64,000 nucleotides of DNA, taken from NCBI GenBank assembly GCA_963555825.3, contig CAUVXB020000001.1, positions 992,001 to 1,056,000 of the forward strand. The letters run 5' to 3'. Shown here piece by piece: positions 9,870 to 20,248 of the stretch. The notes beneath the pieces were generated by a model. The model was not told where the DNA came from. It saw nothing but the letters and a program-made list of their open reading frames with translations, and made no database searches. The position numbers were made by a program, and so were the translations under genes. Positions within the stretch are counted from its first letter, which is position 1. Every line of letters starts with the position of its first letter. This DNA is from Alphaproteobacteria bacterium. Lineage in GTDB: Bacteria > Pseudomonadota > Alphaproteobacteria > JAAXGF01.

Positions 9870-12131
9870 CTAGAACCTCGTTCCAAACGAAAAGCGAAAC
9901 AGCTCAGTCTTGTCAAATTTTTCATCTATGACCGGGACGGCCAAATCGATCTCGATGGGTCCGAAGGGCGAGACATAGGTTAGCCCAAATCCAACCGTCG
10001 TGCGCAGGGATGCCTCGTCCAGAATTGCCGGTGGCTCCTTGTCATCGATACTCGTGATGGTGCCAAATTCACTGAAAAACCGGCCCCGTACATTGAACTC
10101 CGAAGGCAACCCGAGCGGAAACGATACCTCGGCGGTGCCGATGGCAAAGGTATTACCCCCCAAGGAGTCGGTCGTGATGCTATCGCGCGGCCCGACACCG
10201 GCGGTTTCAAACCCTCTGAAGTTCGCGCCACCGACAAAGAATCGATCTTGAATGCGGACGTCGTCGTCGAGACCAAAGATATGCCCTGCATTCCCGGATA
10301 GGCTACCGATCCACTGGTCCGTGATCGGGAAGTAGTAGCGTGCCTCTCCTGAGTGACGCAAATACCGCACATCACCGCCCAGACCCGCGACTTCCTGGGA
10401 CGCGCGCAGATAATAGCCTTCGGTCGGGAAAAATCGATCGTCACGCCTGTCATAGGTCAGGGTATGACCAATGGCGGATGTCGTCGCCGACGCATCTTGG
10501 CGCTTGATGAACTCCGAGGCACTCTCGGAGACATTCTCGATTTCGTCAGTACGCAGCGTATAGTTGACCGAATGCCGCAGCTGCTCGGCGAGCGGATACG
10601 ACATACGCAACGAGAACCCGATCGAATCTTGATCGAACGTATCCTCGTCCGTCAGGTCGGTCGTGCGCTTGAAAATGTCGAAGCCGGCGCTCAGGTCCCG
10701 ATCGAGAAAATAAGGCTCTGTAAAACTCAGATCGAGTTGCTGCCGCCGCCCGGATACGGTGAACCCGAGGCGAAGATCCTGCCCTCTTCCCAGCAGGTTG
10801 CGTTCACGGATCGAGGCATTGGCGATCGGGCCCTCGAACGAAGAGAAGCCGCCGCCGAAGCTGAGTTCGCCAGTCGATTTCTCCGACACTTCGACATCGA
10901 TGATCGCCTTGTCCGGCGTCGAGCCCTGGCTGCTGTTGACGTCGACGGTCTCGAAAAATCCCAGCGCGCGAATACGCTGTTGTGAGCGGCGTAGCTTGGC
11001 GGAACTGAACGCATCGCCCTCGACGAGACGGAACTCGCGCCGGATGACGCCGTCGAGTGTGCGTAAATTGCCCGAAATATTGATCCGCTCGACGAAGACA
11101 CGGGGGCCTTCCTCGACGACATAGGTCAAATCGATGGTGCGCTCTTCGCGGTTCCGTTTGACGCTTGGTTCGATGTCGACGAACGCGAATCCGAGGCTGC
11201 CAACCTGTGTCGTCAACTCCTGCACGGTGTCCCCGACCAGATCGGCGTCGTACCAGTCGCCCGGCTCCGTTTCTACGAACTCGAACAATCGATCCGTATC
11301 AAGATCGCGCAATGCAGTTTCAATATCGACACCGCCGAATCTGTACCGGTCGCCTTCCTCGATCGTAAACGTGATGAAAAAAGCGGTCCGATCGCGCACC
11401 AATTCTGCGACGACCGAAATGACCCGAAAGTCGGCATAGCCATGCGACAGGTAGAAACGCCGCAGCAGCTCGCGGTCGAAGGTCAGCCTGTCGGGATCAT
11501 ATGTATCGTCGCTGGTGAGGAAACGGTACCAGATCGATTCCCTTGTCTGAATCGCTTCGTGCAAGCGGCTGTCGCTGAACCGCTTGTTGCCGATGAAGCT
11601 GATCTTCTTGACGCGGGTCAGCGGTCCCTCGTCGATTTCGAACACCAGATCGACGCGATTTTGCGGTAGTTGGATCACCTTGGGTTCGACGGTCGCGCCG
11701 AACCTGCCGCTGCGCCGGTAGATCTCGCTGATACGCGCGACATCGCTCTGCACCTTGGTGCGTGTGTAGACAACACGCGGGCGCAGTTGGACTTCGGCGG
11801 CCAGCGATTCGTCACCGATTCGCAAGTTCCCCTCGAAGGCCAGCCTGTTGATGATCGGGTTCTCGACCACCCGAACGACCAGGGCGCTCCCTTCACGCCG
11901 CATGTTGACGTCGGCGAACAGACTCGTTGCGAACAATGTCTTTAGTGAGCGATCGATGCGTTCTGGGTCGAACGGATCGCCCGGTGCGATGACCATATAG
12001 GATCGAACCGTCTCAGGCTCGATACGCTGGTTGCCTTCGACTCGAATTTCAGAAATTACCTGCGCCGCCGCGGTTTCGGCAAAGGCGAATGCCGCGATAA
12101 AGACGGCGATAAATCCTGCGAACCGGAACAT
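9870..12131 (-). CDS. bamA: outer membrane protein assembly factor BamA
   Basis: POTRA repeats (IRVEGNQRIE, GNLRTLDGVIRRE), FRGF loop motif, SPFGP, C-terminal Phe. Confidence 0.96.
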   Translation of the reverse strand: MFRFAGFIAVFIAAFAFAETAAAQVISEIRVEGNQRIEPETVRSYMVIAPGDPFDPERIDRSLKTLFATSLFADVNMRREGSALVVRVVENPIINRLAFEGNLRIGDESLAAEVQLRPRVVYTRTKVQSDVARISEIYRRSGRFGATVEPKVIQLPQNRVDLVFEIDEGPLTRVKKISFIGNKRFSDSRLHEAIQTRESIWYRFLTSDDTYDPDRLTFDRELLRRFYLSHGYADFRVISVVAELVRDRTAFFITFTIEEGDRYRFGGVDIETALRDLDTDRLFEFVETEPGDWYDADLVGDTVQELTTQVGSLGFAFVDIEPSVKRNREERTIDLTYVVEEGPRVFVERINISGNLRTLDGVIRREFRLVEGDAFSSAKLRRSQQRIRALGFFETVDVNSSQGSTPDKAIIDVEVSEKSTGELSFGGGFSSFEGPIANASIRERNLLGRGQDLRLGFTVSGRRQQLDLSFTEPYFLDRDLSAGFDIFKRTTDLTDEDTFDQDSIGFSLRMSYPLAEQLRHSVNYTLRTDEIENVSESASEFIKRQDASATTSAIGHTLTYDRRDDRFFPTEGYYLRASQEVAGLGGDVRYLRHSGEARYYFPITDQWIGSLSGNAGHIFGLDDDVRIQDRFFVGGANFRGFETAGVGPRDSITTDSLGGNTFAIGTAEVSFPLGLPSEFNVRGRFFSEFGTITSIDDKEPPAILDEASLRTTVGFGLTYVSPFGPIEIDLAVPVIDEKFDKTELFRFSFGTRF

Positions 12132-12167
12132 GCGCCTCTCGCGGCTACTCCGTCGGGCCGTCGACGG

Positions 12168-13304
12168 TTATGAAAATAGCCCGACAACAAGATCGACGAC
12201 CTCTAGACGTACGAAATCGTTCCACGTCACGAATACGAACAGGGTCAATACCACCGCAAGACCAATGCGGAAACCATATTCTTGAGCGCGTTCGCCCAGC
12301 GGCTTGCCGCGAATCGCCTCGAACGCGTAGAACAGCAAGTGCCCGCCGTCGAGCATCGGGATCGGAAACAAATTGATCAGGCCAAGATTGATCGACAACA
12401 AGGCCGTGAACCAGAGCACCGCGATCAGGCCGTCCTCGGCGACCTGACCCGAGATTTGGGCGATGCGAATGGGCCCGCCCAACTCGTCAGCAGCGCGAAC
12501 GCCGACGATCATTTCGCCGAGTGCGCCTAAGGTCATCGCGGTCAGCGAATAGGTTTCGACTGTGGCCGCCCATATTGAATACAGCGGGCCATGACGCACG
12601 AAAGTAACGCCGCTTCGCCCGACGCCGATTTGGCCCAGTCTGTGTATGTTGCCGAATCGATCGGTCTGCTCGACCAGTTCGGGCGTCACGGTCAGCTCGA
12701 TTTCGGCGCCGTCGCGCAAGATGACGATGGCGAGCGGCACGCCGGCGTTTTCGCGCGCGATGTTCTGCAGGTCCTCGAAGCGCTCGATGGCGGCACCGTC
12801 GATGCGCAGCACGGTGTCGCCAGGCACGATCCCCGCCGCCTCGGCGGGGCTGCCCGGCATGATCATGCTGATTTCAGCCGGCGTGATGCGTTGACCGACG
12901 GTCGCGAACATCACCGAGAGAATGACGATGGCCAAAAGGAAATTCGCCAACGGCCCGCCGAACACCACCGCGGCGCGCTGGCCGAGCCGCTTGTGGTGGA
13001 ACGAGACCGCCTGTTCCTCGGGCGTCATCTCGACGAGGTCGCCGCCAGGCGCGCTCGCCTCGTTGGCGTCGCCGAACATTTTGACGTAGCCGCCGAGGGG
13101 AAGCAGGCCGATCTTCCATCGCGTGCCGACGCGATCGTCCCAACCGTAAATCTCGGGACCGAAACCGATCGAGAATACCTCGACGCGCACACCGTTATAG
13201 CGCGCGATCAGGTAATGCCCCATCTCGTGCACGAACACGATTACGCTCAAAATGATAATGAACGAAAGACCGTTGGTCCAAATTAAACTGATGAGATCCA
13301 TCAT
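12168..13304 (-). CDS. rseP: RIP metalloprotease RseP
   Basis: HEMGH, FSIGFG, PDZ domain, NLFPIPMLDGGH. Confidence 0.95.
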   Translation of the reverse strand: MMDLISLIWTNGLSFIIILSVIVFVHEMGHYLIARYNGVRVEVFSIGFGPEIYGWDDRVGTRWKIGLLPLGGYVKMFGDANEASAPGGDLVEMTPEEQAVSFHHKRLGQRAAVVFGGPLANFLLAIVILSVMFATVGQRITPAEISMIMPGSPAEAAGIVPGDTVLRIDGAAIERFEDLQNIARENAGVPLAIVILRDGAEIELTVTPELVEQTDRFGNIHRLGQIGVGRSGVTFVRHGPLYSIWAATVETYSLTAMTLGALGEMIVGVRAADELGGPIRIAQISGQVAEDGLIAVLWFTALLSINLGLINLFPIPMLDGGHLLFYAFEAIRGKPLGERAQEYGFRIGLAVVLTLFVFVTWNDFVRLEVVDLVVGLFS

Positions 13305-13334
13305 TCACAACCCACAGATTTCCAACGCATAGTC

Positions 13335-14513
13335 TCACGCACCTTCGACAAGACTCGCGGACAACACACGGGCCGCCTTATCCAGCGCCGTGACATCGTC
13401 CAGACTCCCGAGCGGCAAAAGCGGAATCCGTTCCAACGTCCGCTCGACGATGCGCACTATATCCAGGAAACCGATTTTGCGGGCAAGGAATCCGTTGACC
13501 GCAACTTCGTTGGCGGCGCTCAAGACAGTTGGCGCGCCGTCGCCGATTTGCAAGCACTCGCGAGCCAGACGAAGCGCCGGAAAACGCGTTTCATCGGGTG
13601 CCTCGAAGGTCAGCTGCGCGATTTCGGCGAGATTCAGGCGTGACGTCGGCGTCGCGATCCGCGCCGGCCATCCGAGCGTATAGGCGATCGGCGTGCGCAT
13701 GTCGGGCGGCCCGAGCTGAGCCAGCACCGAACCATCGACATAGGCGACCAGGCTGTGCACGACCGACTGGGGGTGGATCACCACCTCGATTTGCTCGGCC
13801 GGTAAGGTGAAGAGGTGATGCGCTTCGATCACCTCCAGACCCTTGTTCATCAAGGTCGCCGAATCGACCGAAATTTTCGCGCCCATGTCCCAGTTCGGGT
13901 GTGCAACCGCCTGCTCCGGCGTCACATCGGCCATGGCATTGACGCCGAGTTCGCGGAACGGGCCGCCCGAGGCGGTCAGGATGATGCGCTCGATCGACGC
14001 GCGCCGTTCGAAGTCGAAAACCTGAAAGATCGCGTTATGCTCGGAATCGACGGGCAACAGCGTGGCGCCGCTGGCGCGCACCTCGGCCATCAACATCGAT
14101 CCAGCGCAGATCAGCGCCTCTTTGTTGGCGAGTGCGACAATCGCGCCGCGGCGCACTGCCGCGAGGGTCGGCGCGAGGCCCGCGGCACCCACGATTGCCG
14201 CCATGACCCAGTCCGACGGCCGCTCGGCGGCCTCGACCAGGGCCTGAGACCCGGCGGCGGTCTCGATACCCGTGCCCGACAGCGCGTTCTTGAGCGGCAG
14301 GTACAAATCGGGCTCCGCGATCACCGCGAGACGCGACCCGAGACGCATCGCCTGATCGGCGAGCAGGTCGACGTTGCTGCGCGCGGTCAGCGCCTCGACG
14401 TCGTAAGCCTCGCGATGGCGTTCGATCAGGTCGATCGTGTTCTGACCGACCGAGCCGGTCGACCCGAGTACCGTCACGCGGCGCGGCGGAGCGGCCGGGT
14501 TGCATGCCGTCAT
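13335..14513 (-). CDS. dxr: 1-deoxy-D-xylulose-5-phosphate reductoisomerase
   Basis: LGSTGSVG, LANKE, PVDSEH, LTASGGPF, MGAKISVDSAT; ATG overlaps the cdsA stop. Confidence 0.96.
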   Translation of the reverse strand: MTACNPAAPPRRVTVLGSTGSVGQNTIDLIERHREAYDVEALTARSNVDLLADQAMRLGSRLAVIAEPDLYLPLKNALSGTGIETAAGSQALVEAAERPSDWVMAAIVGAAGLAPTLAAVRRGAIVALANKEALICAGSMLMAEVRASGATLLPVDSEHNAIFQVFDFERRASIERIILTASGGPFRELGVNAMADVTPEQAVAHPNWDMGAKISVDSATLMNKGLEVIEAHHLFTLPAEQIEVVIHPQSVVHSLVAYVDGSVLAQLGPPDMRTPIAYTLGWPARIATPTSRLNLAEIAQLTFEAPDETRFPALRLARECLQIGDGAPTVLSAANEVAVNGFLARKIGFLDIVRIVERTLERIPLLPLGSLDDVTALDKAARVLSASLVEGA

Positions 14514-15220
14514 CGCCATGCCAGGACCCCCTCGCCGGTGACCAGCGTCAGGGCGGCGACGGCGGGTGCCGCGGTCAACAGCCCGTCGAGCCGGTCGAGA
14601 ACGCCGCCGTGTCCCGGGATGAGATGCCCGCTGTCCTTCACGCCGAAGCGGCGCTTGACCATCGATTCGAGCAAATCTCCCGCCTGGGCGACCACCGCGA
14701 GCAACGCACTGATCACAATCAACGGTACGACGCGCGACAGATCGAGCAACAGCGCCGTAGCGGCGCCGATGAGCGCGGCACAAACCATGCCGCCGAGCAG
14801 CCCAGCCCAAGTCTTCCCGGGACTGATACGCGGCGCGAGCTTGGGTCCACCGATGCCACGCCCGGCAAAATAGGCGCCGATGTCGGTCGCCCATACCACG
14901 GCGAACAGCCAGAAGATGGCTTGGCGCCCGACTGCCGCGTCCGAACGCAGCCAGATGATCGCGATACAGGGCGCGGCTATGTAAACGACCCCGGCGGCCA
15001 ACCAAAGCCAACGCCTGTGCGCCGCCCCGCTCGCGCTGGCGTCGATACTGCACAGGCGACGCCATTCATCGGCCATCAGCGCCGCCGCCAGCAATACGAG
15101 GATATTGAACGCGGCCCCCCCGACATAGGCAAGACCCAGGGCAACCGGGATCAATACCAACCCGGAGAGCACCCGCAGGCCGAGACCGCTGCCCACCACG
15201 CTATCCGCTCGAAGCGCCAT
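14510..15220 (-). CDS. cdsA: phosphatidate cytidylyltransferase
   Basis: WATDIGAYFAG, SPGKTWAG, GDLLESMVKR, KDSGHLIPGHGGVLDRLD. Confidence 0.94.
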   Translation of the reverse strand: MALRADSVVGSGLGLRVLSGLVLIPVALGLAYVGGAAFNILVLLAAALMADEWRRLCSIDASASGAAHRRWLWLAAGVVYIAAPCIAIIWLRSDAAVGRQAIFWLFAVVWATDIGAYFAGRGIGGPKLAPRISPGKTWAGLLGGMVCAALIGAATALLLDLSRVVPLIVISALLAVVAQAGDLLESMVKRRFGVKDSGHLIPGHGGVLDRLDGLLTAAPAVAALTLVTGEGVLAWR

Positions 15221-15935
15221 AGCGTCGATCGCGGCGGCGAAACTCTTCGATTGCCGCGTCCAGGTGGTCTTTGGTGAATTCAGGCCACATGACCGGTGTG
15301 AACACCAACTCGGTATAGGCCGACTGCCAGAGCAGGAAATTGCTCAAACGCTGCTCGCCACTCGTGCGGATCAACAGGTCGGGATCGGGCGACCCGTTCG
15401 TCGCGAGATACGCGGCGAAATCATCATCGCTCACAGTTGCCGGATCGACGCGCCCCGCGATCGCGTCTTCGGCGAGACGCCGCGCCGCGGACGCGATCTC
15501 GCGCCGCGCGCCATAGTTCAGCGCCACGGTCAGTGTCAAACCGCTGTTCTGGCGCGTGTCGCGCTCCGCCTCGTTGACCAGCACATTGATATCCGCGGGT
15601 AGGCGGTCGAGATCGCCGATAAAGCGCAGACGCACGTTCGAATTGGCGAGTTCGGCGAGTTCACGCCTGATATAGAGACGTAACAGCCCCATCAAATCGT
15701 CGACCTCGCTGGTCGGACGCTTCCAGTTCTCCGAGGAAAACGCATAGATCGTCAGATAGGAGATACCGATCTCATGGGCGTGCCGCACGATTTCGCGAAC
15801 CACCTCGGCGCCTTGCTGGTGGCCGGCGATGCGCGGCAGGCCCCGCGCCCTCGCCCAGCGGCCGTTGCCGTCCATGATGATCGCGACGTGAAGCGGCGAC
15901 GAAAACTCGGACCCTAAGCTGGCGGCAGCCTCCAT
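15201..15935 (-). CDS. uppS: undecaprenyl diphosphate synthase
   Basis: HVAIIMDGNGRWA, FSSENWKRP, RTSGEQRLSNFLLWQ. Confidence 0.96.
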   Translation of the reverse strand: MEAAASLGSEFSSPLHVAIIMDGNGRWARARGLPRIAGHQQGAEVVREIVRHAHEIGISYLTIYAFSSENWKRPTSEVDDLMGLLRLYIRRELAELANSNVRLRFIGDLDRLPADINVLVNEAERDTRQNSGLTLTVALNYGARREIASAARRLAEDAIAGRVDPATVSDDDFAAYLATNGSPDPDLLIRTSGEQRLSNFLLWQSAYTELVFTPVMWPEFTKDHLDAAIEEFRRRDRRYGASSG

Positions 15936-15937
15936 GG

Positions 15938-16495
15938 CTAAACCTGCATGATTTCCGTTTGCTTGGTCTCGAGCATCGAGTCGATCTTCTCGATGTGCTC
16001 GTCGGTGATCGACTGGACCTCGTCGCCCCAGAGGCGGTGGTCGTCCTCTGAAAGCTCGCCGTCCTTTTCCATGCGCTTTAGCTTGTTGATGCCGTCGTGA
16101 CGAACGTTGCGCGCTGCGATACGCGCCTGTTCCGCATACTTACCCGCGACGCGGCTGAGTTCTTCGCGCCGCTCCTCGTTGAGCTCGGGGATCGGAACGC
16201 GGACGAATTGCCCATCGGCCATCGGATTGAGGCCAAGGTCGGCATCGCGAATCGCCTTCTCGACCGCCTTGGACATCGATTTGTCCCAGACCTGTACACT
16301 GATCATTCGGGGCTCGGGGACGTTGATCGTTGCGACCTGGTTGATCGGCATTTGCGTGCCGTAAGCCTCGACGGTCACCGGCTCGAGCAGGCTGGGCGTT
16401 GCACGGCCGGTTCGCAGGCCGGCGAATTCCTTGCGCAATACCTCGACCGCGCCGTCCATACGGCGGACCAAGTCGTCAATGTCCGGATCTTCCAC
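15938..16495 (-). CDS. frr: ribosome recycling factor
   Basis: [21 protein letters not shown]; GTG start. Confidence 0.96.
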   Translation of the reverse strand: MEDPDIDDLVRRMDGAVEVLRKEFAGLRTGRATPSLLEPVTVEAYGTQMPINQVATINVPEPRMISVQVWDKSMSKAVEKAIRDADLGLNPMADGQFVRVPIPELNEERREELSRVAGKYAEQARIAARNVRHDGINKLKRMEKDGELSEDDHRLWGDEVQSITDEHIEKIDSMLETKQTEIMQV

Positions 16496-16509
16496 GTCTC
16501 GTTACTCCC

Positions 16510-17247
16510 TCACGCGCGCTTCGCTTCTTCCTCGCCGATGACCGTGCAACGCCCGCGTCCGGCGATGACCTCGGCGAGCGTCCCGGGCTCACGGATCGAG
16601 AACACCAGGATCGGAATGCCGTTTTCGCGCGCCAACGAAATCGCCGACGCGTCCATCACCTTGAGATCGCGCGACAACACGTCGAGATAAGTCAGGTGAT
16701 CGTAGCGCACGGCATCGGTAGAGCGCACTGGATCGTCGGAATACACCCCGTCGACCTTGGTCGCCTTGAGCAACACATCGCAATCCATTTCGGTCGCGCG
16801 CAGCGCCGCCGCCGTATCCGTCGTAAAGAACGGGTTGCCCGTGCCGGCGCCGAATACGACAACCCTGCCCTTCTCCATATGGCGCACCGCGCGCCGCCGG
16901 ATATAGCGCTCGCAGACGGTTTCCATCGGGATCGCGGACAGCACGCGGGTCTCGAGGCCGAGCCGCTCGAAAGCGTTCTGCAGTGCCAGTGCGTTGATCA
17001 CCGTGGCGAGCATGCCGATGTGATCGGCGGCCGCGCGCTCCATGCCGTTGGCCGCAGCCTCGACGCCTCGGAAGATGTTGCCGCCGCCGACGACGACGCA
17101 GATCTGGACCTGCATGTCGTGTACGTCGCGGACTTCCTGGGCGACCCGATTGACCGTCGTCTGATCGAGGCCATAGCCTTGATCGCCCATCAACGCCTCA
17201 CCGGACAGTTTCAGAAGGACACGGCGAAACACGGCGGTTGACGGCAT
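16510..17247 (-). CDS. pyrH: UMP kinase
   Basis: [29 protein letters not shown]. Confidence 0.97.
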   Translation of the reverse strand: MPSTAVFRRVLLKLSGEALMGDQGYGLDQTTVNRVAQEVRDVHDMQVQICVVVGGGNIFRGVEAAANGMERAAADHIGMLATVINALALQNAFERLGLETRVLSAIPMETVCERYIRRRAVRHMEKGRVVVFGAGTGNPFFTTDTAAALRATEMDCDVLLKATKVDGVYSDDPVRSTDAVRYDHLTYLDVLSRDLKVMDASAISLARENGIPILVFSIREPGTLAEVIAGRGRCTVIGEEEAKRA

Positions 17248-17381
17248 GACGTTCCCAGATAGCCCAGGTTCAAGGCTCGTCCAGTTGGCCCAGACGATGC
17301 CCGGCGGCGAGGATACACCATCCGCCCTGCGTCCGCACCCGCTTTGCCGGTACCGCGCAGCGCAACGGTGCCGCGCAGCGC

Positions 17382-18311
17382 CTATGTGGCGAGTTGGGCG
17401 GCCACCTCGGCGGCGAAGTCGGTGCTTTCCTTCTCGATGCCCTCGCCGAGGGCGAAACGGACGAAACCCGTAACCGAGACCGGCGCGCCGATGTCGCCCG
17501 CTGCGTCTTCCAGAACCTTGGCAAGCTTGCGGTCGGTGTCGAAGACGAACGCCTGTTCGAGCAATACGATTTCCTCGAAAAACTTGCGCAAGCGGCCCTC
17601 GACCATCTTCTCGACGATGTTTTCGGGCTTGCCCGATTCACGGGCCTGATCGGCGAAGATGTTGCGCTCGCGCTCGATGGTTGCCGCGGCGACGTCCCCA
17701 GTCGAGACGGCCTCGGGGCGCGCGTGCGCAATATGCATCGCGATCCGCCTGCCCAGCGCGGCGAGCTTCTCGCCGTCGCCGGCTGATTCGAGCGCGACGA
17801 GCACGCCGATCCGGCCGAGGTTCGGCGCCGTTACACCGTGCATATAACTCGCCACGACCCCTTCATTCACTGCCAGCGAAGCAGCGCGCCGCAGCTGAAT
17901 GTTCTCGCCGATCGTCCCGACGAGTTCGGTGACCTTGTCGGCGACGTTCGAACTCGAACCGGGGTACGTCGCGGCGGAAAGCGCCTCGATATCGTCGCCC
18001 GTGTCGAGCGCGAGTCCCGCGATCGATCGCACGGCTTCCTGAAACTGCCCGTTGCGCGCGACGAAGTCGGTCTCGGTGTTGACCTCGATGACGGCCCCCC
18101 GGAGCGCCTCGCTGGCGATACCGACCAACCCGTCGCTGGCGACGCGGCCGGCCTTCTTGGCCGCCGCGGCGAGTCCCTTCGTGCGCAGTAGATCGACGGC
18201 CGATTCCATGTCGCCGTCGGTTTCGCCCAACGCCCGCTTGCAATCCATCATACCCGCGCCGGTGCGTTCACGCAGGGTCTTTACCTGTGCGGCAGTGATC
18301 TCCGCCATCAT
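17382..18311 (-). CDS. tsf: elongation factor Ts
   Basis: [30 protein letters not shown]. Confidence 0.97.
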   Translation of the reverse strand: MMAEITAAQVKTLRERTGAGMMDCKRALGETDGDMESAVDLLRTKGLAAAAKKAGRVASDGLVGIASEALRGAVIEVNTETDFVARNGQFQEAVRSIAGLALDTGDDIEALSAATYPGSSSNVADKVTELVGTIGENIQLRRAASLAVNEGVVASYMHGVTAPNLGRIGVLVALESAGDGEKLAALGRRIAMHIAHARPEAVSTGDVAAATIERERNIFADQARESGKPENIVEKMVEGRLRKFFEEIVLLEQAFVFDTDRKLAKVLEDAAGDIGAPVSVTGFVRFALGEGIEKESTDFAAEVAAQLAT

Positions 18312-18379
18312 TCACCTCGTCTTGGAGCTATCCGTCGTAAGTCGTTTATACGGTGGAGATATCTCTCACCGTGCTAGTG

Positions 18380-19501
18380 CTAAGCACCGGCTGCGGGCGC
18401 CTCGTCGGACTTCTTCGTCTGGTCCTCGGCAGGCGCGGTTGCGTCGGCCGTTTCGGCCTCGGTGACCGCCTCGACCGCCTCGGGTTCGACGCTGGTGTCT
18501 TCGGCCGCCGCCTCGGCCTCGGCACCGGCTTCCGCCGCCGCCGGGGCTTCAACTGCCGGTTCGGCCGCAGAGGCTTTCGCCGCCGCCGGGGCTTCGGCCG
18601 CCGGTTCGGCCGCAGCGGCTTTCGCCGCCGCCGGGGCTTCGGCCGCCGGCTCGGCCGCAGCGGCTTCTTCCGCCGCCGGGGCTTCGGCCGCGGGTTCGGC
18701 CGCAGCGGCTTCTTCCGCCGCCGCCTCGGTCGCGGCTGCCTCTTCTTCGGCCGGAATCAGGTCTTCGGGCAGCTCCTCGGCCGCGCCGATATCGACGCCC
18801 GAAGCGGTCATCTCCTGCTGGATGCCGTCGAGAACCGCGTCCGACATCAGCTGACAATAAAGGCTGATCGCCCGGATCGCGTCGTCGTTGCCCGGAATTG
18901 GGAAGGTCACCGGGTCCGGATCCGAATTGCTGTCGATGATGGCGACGACTGGAATGCTCAGTTTGTTGGCCTCGGCGATCGCGATGTCTTCTTTGTTGGT
19001 GTCGATGACGAACATGATGTCGGGCAAGCCACCCATGTCCTTGATGCCGCCCAGCGCGCGCTCGAGCTTGTCGCGCTCACGGGTCAGCCGCAGCAGCTCC
19101 TTCTTGGTCAGTCCGGTGTCGTCTTCCCCGCCGAGCTGCTCCTCGAGCGTGCGCAACCGCCGGATCGATACCGAGATCGTCTTCCAGTTGGTCAGCATAC
19201 CGCCAAGCCAGCGGTGGTTGACGTAGAACTGGCCACAGCGCTGGGCCGCCGCCGCAACCGGTTCGACCGCCTGGCGCTTGGTGCCGACGAACAGCACGCG
19301 GCCGCCGCCGGCGACGATGTCACGCGTCGCCTTCAACGTGTGGTGCAACATCGGCACCGTCTGCTGCAAGTCGATGATATGCGCGCCATTGCGAATGCCG
19401 AAGAGGTACTGCGACATCTTCGGGTTCCAACGGCGCGTCTGATGACCGAAATGGGCGCCGGCTTCGAGAAGCTGACGCATCGTGAACTCAGGCAGAGCCA
19501 T
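18380..19501 (-). CDS. rpsB: 30S ribosomal protein S2 with a long Ala/Glu-rich repetitive tail
   Basis: [30 protein letters not shown]. Confidence 0.97.
   Translation of the reverse strand: MALPEFTMRQLLEAGAHFGHQTRRWNPKMSQYLFGIRNGAHIIDLQQTVPMLHHTLKATRDIVAGGGRVLFVGTKRQAVEPVAAAAQRCGQFYVNHRWLGGMLTNWKTISVSIRRLRTLEEQLGGEDDTGLTKKELLRLTRERDKLERALGGIKDMGGLPDIMFVIDTNKEDIAIAEANKLSIPVVAIIDSNSDPDPVTFPIPGNDDAIRAISLYCQLMSDAVLDGIQQEMTASGVDIGAAEELPEDLIPAEEEAAATEAAAEEAAAAEPAAEAPAAEEAAAAEPAAEAPAAAKAAAAEPAAEAPAAAKASAAEPAVEAPAAAEAGAEAEAAAEDTSVEPEAVEAVTEAETADATAPAEDQTKKSDEAPAAGA
18530..18710. repeat. 45-bp tandem repeat x4 inside rpsB (15-aa unit [15 protein letters not shown])
   Basis: ccggggcttc recurs at 18541, 18586, 18631 and 18676. 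Confidence 0.9.
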
Positions 19502-19509
19502 GTGAAATC

Positions 19510-19610
19510 GTCCTTTATCCGGTTGGCCTCCGCGGGCTGTGGTCCGACGAATAAGCCGGACACCGGAACGACGATCGTGGATGATCCCACGCCGCCGGAA
19601 CCCGCGTGCG
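19510..19610 (-). promoter_or_regulatory. putative S2 (rpsB) autoregulatory leader
   Basis: Minus strand reads CACGCGGG...CCGGTG...CCCGCGGAGG..AACCGG: a long-range stem plus CCGG elements upstream of rpsB, preceded by a TTGCGG...GCTACAAG promoter-like element. Confidence 0.5.
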
Positions 19611-19682
19611 TTGTAAGTGGCGTGCTTGTAGCCGCTTCGCCTTGGGGCCGCAAGCGAAAAGGCGTTCGAAAACCCGCCCCGG

Positions 19683-20189
19683 TTACGCCATGTCGTCCGA
19701 GCCGGCGGTGGCGCCGCTCGCCGAGGACCGGCGCACCGAAGGATAACTGTATGAAGCGTAGCGCAGTATCAGAACTGCGATCGACAGCACGAGTATGCCG
19801 GCAGTGACGACGATCAAGCCGTAATGCGGTTCCGTGATGGCTTTCTCGAGATCGATATGTTCCAAATTCGCCATGCCGATCAAGAGCCGCGTCAGCGCGG
19901 TCAACGCCACGTAGATCAGGAATCGTACGGGCATATGGTTGGTGGTGAAGTAGATGCCCACCATGGCGCCCAGCTCCAGGTAAATGAACAACAGGAGAAT
20001 GTCCTCGACACTGGCATGTCCACGGGCAACCATATCGAAGAAAGCGAGGACGGCGGCCCAAACGATCGTCGCGCCGATGGCGAAAAGGGCCAGGACATGA
20101 AATCCGCTCACCAACGTCGAGCCGATCTTGTCGGCGACGTCATGGGCCTTGTGACTGAACTGCTCGAATCGATCAGTACCACCAGTCAT
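19683..20189 (-). CDS. PsiE-family (phosphate-starvation-inducible) membrane protein
   Basis: Four hydrophobic segments; [42 protein letters not shown]; GGAGG RBS. Confidence 0.85.
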   Translation of the reverse strand: MTGGTDRFEQFSHKAHDVADKIGSTLVSGFHVLALFAIGATIVWAAVLAFFDMVARGHASVEDILLLFIYLELGAMVGIYFTTNHMPVRFLIYVALTALTRLLIGMANLEHIDLEKAITEPHYGLIVVTAGILVLSIAVLILRYASYSYPSVRRSSASGATAGSDDMA

Positions 20190-20248
20190 CGTGCGTACCT
20201 CCCCGAACCAGTTAGCGTTTCAATGGGCCAGGGTCGCGCGGTGGCCAG

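Noticed and set aside
8300-13500. Visibly lower GC across lpxD-skp-bamA-rseP as possible horizontal transfer
   Set aside because: Gene order is the canonical core arrangement with no mobility signatures or boundaries, and I could not quantify the shift.
17348-17381. 18-bp-period duplication (CGGTRCCGCGCAGCGC x2) after the tsf stop
   Set aside because: Short, GC-rich, only two copies, and not noticed elsewhere; probably a slippage duplication.
18530-18710. CRISPR-like periodicity
   Set aside because: Units are contiguous with no unique spacers, in frame within rpsB, and there are no cas genes.
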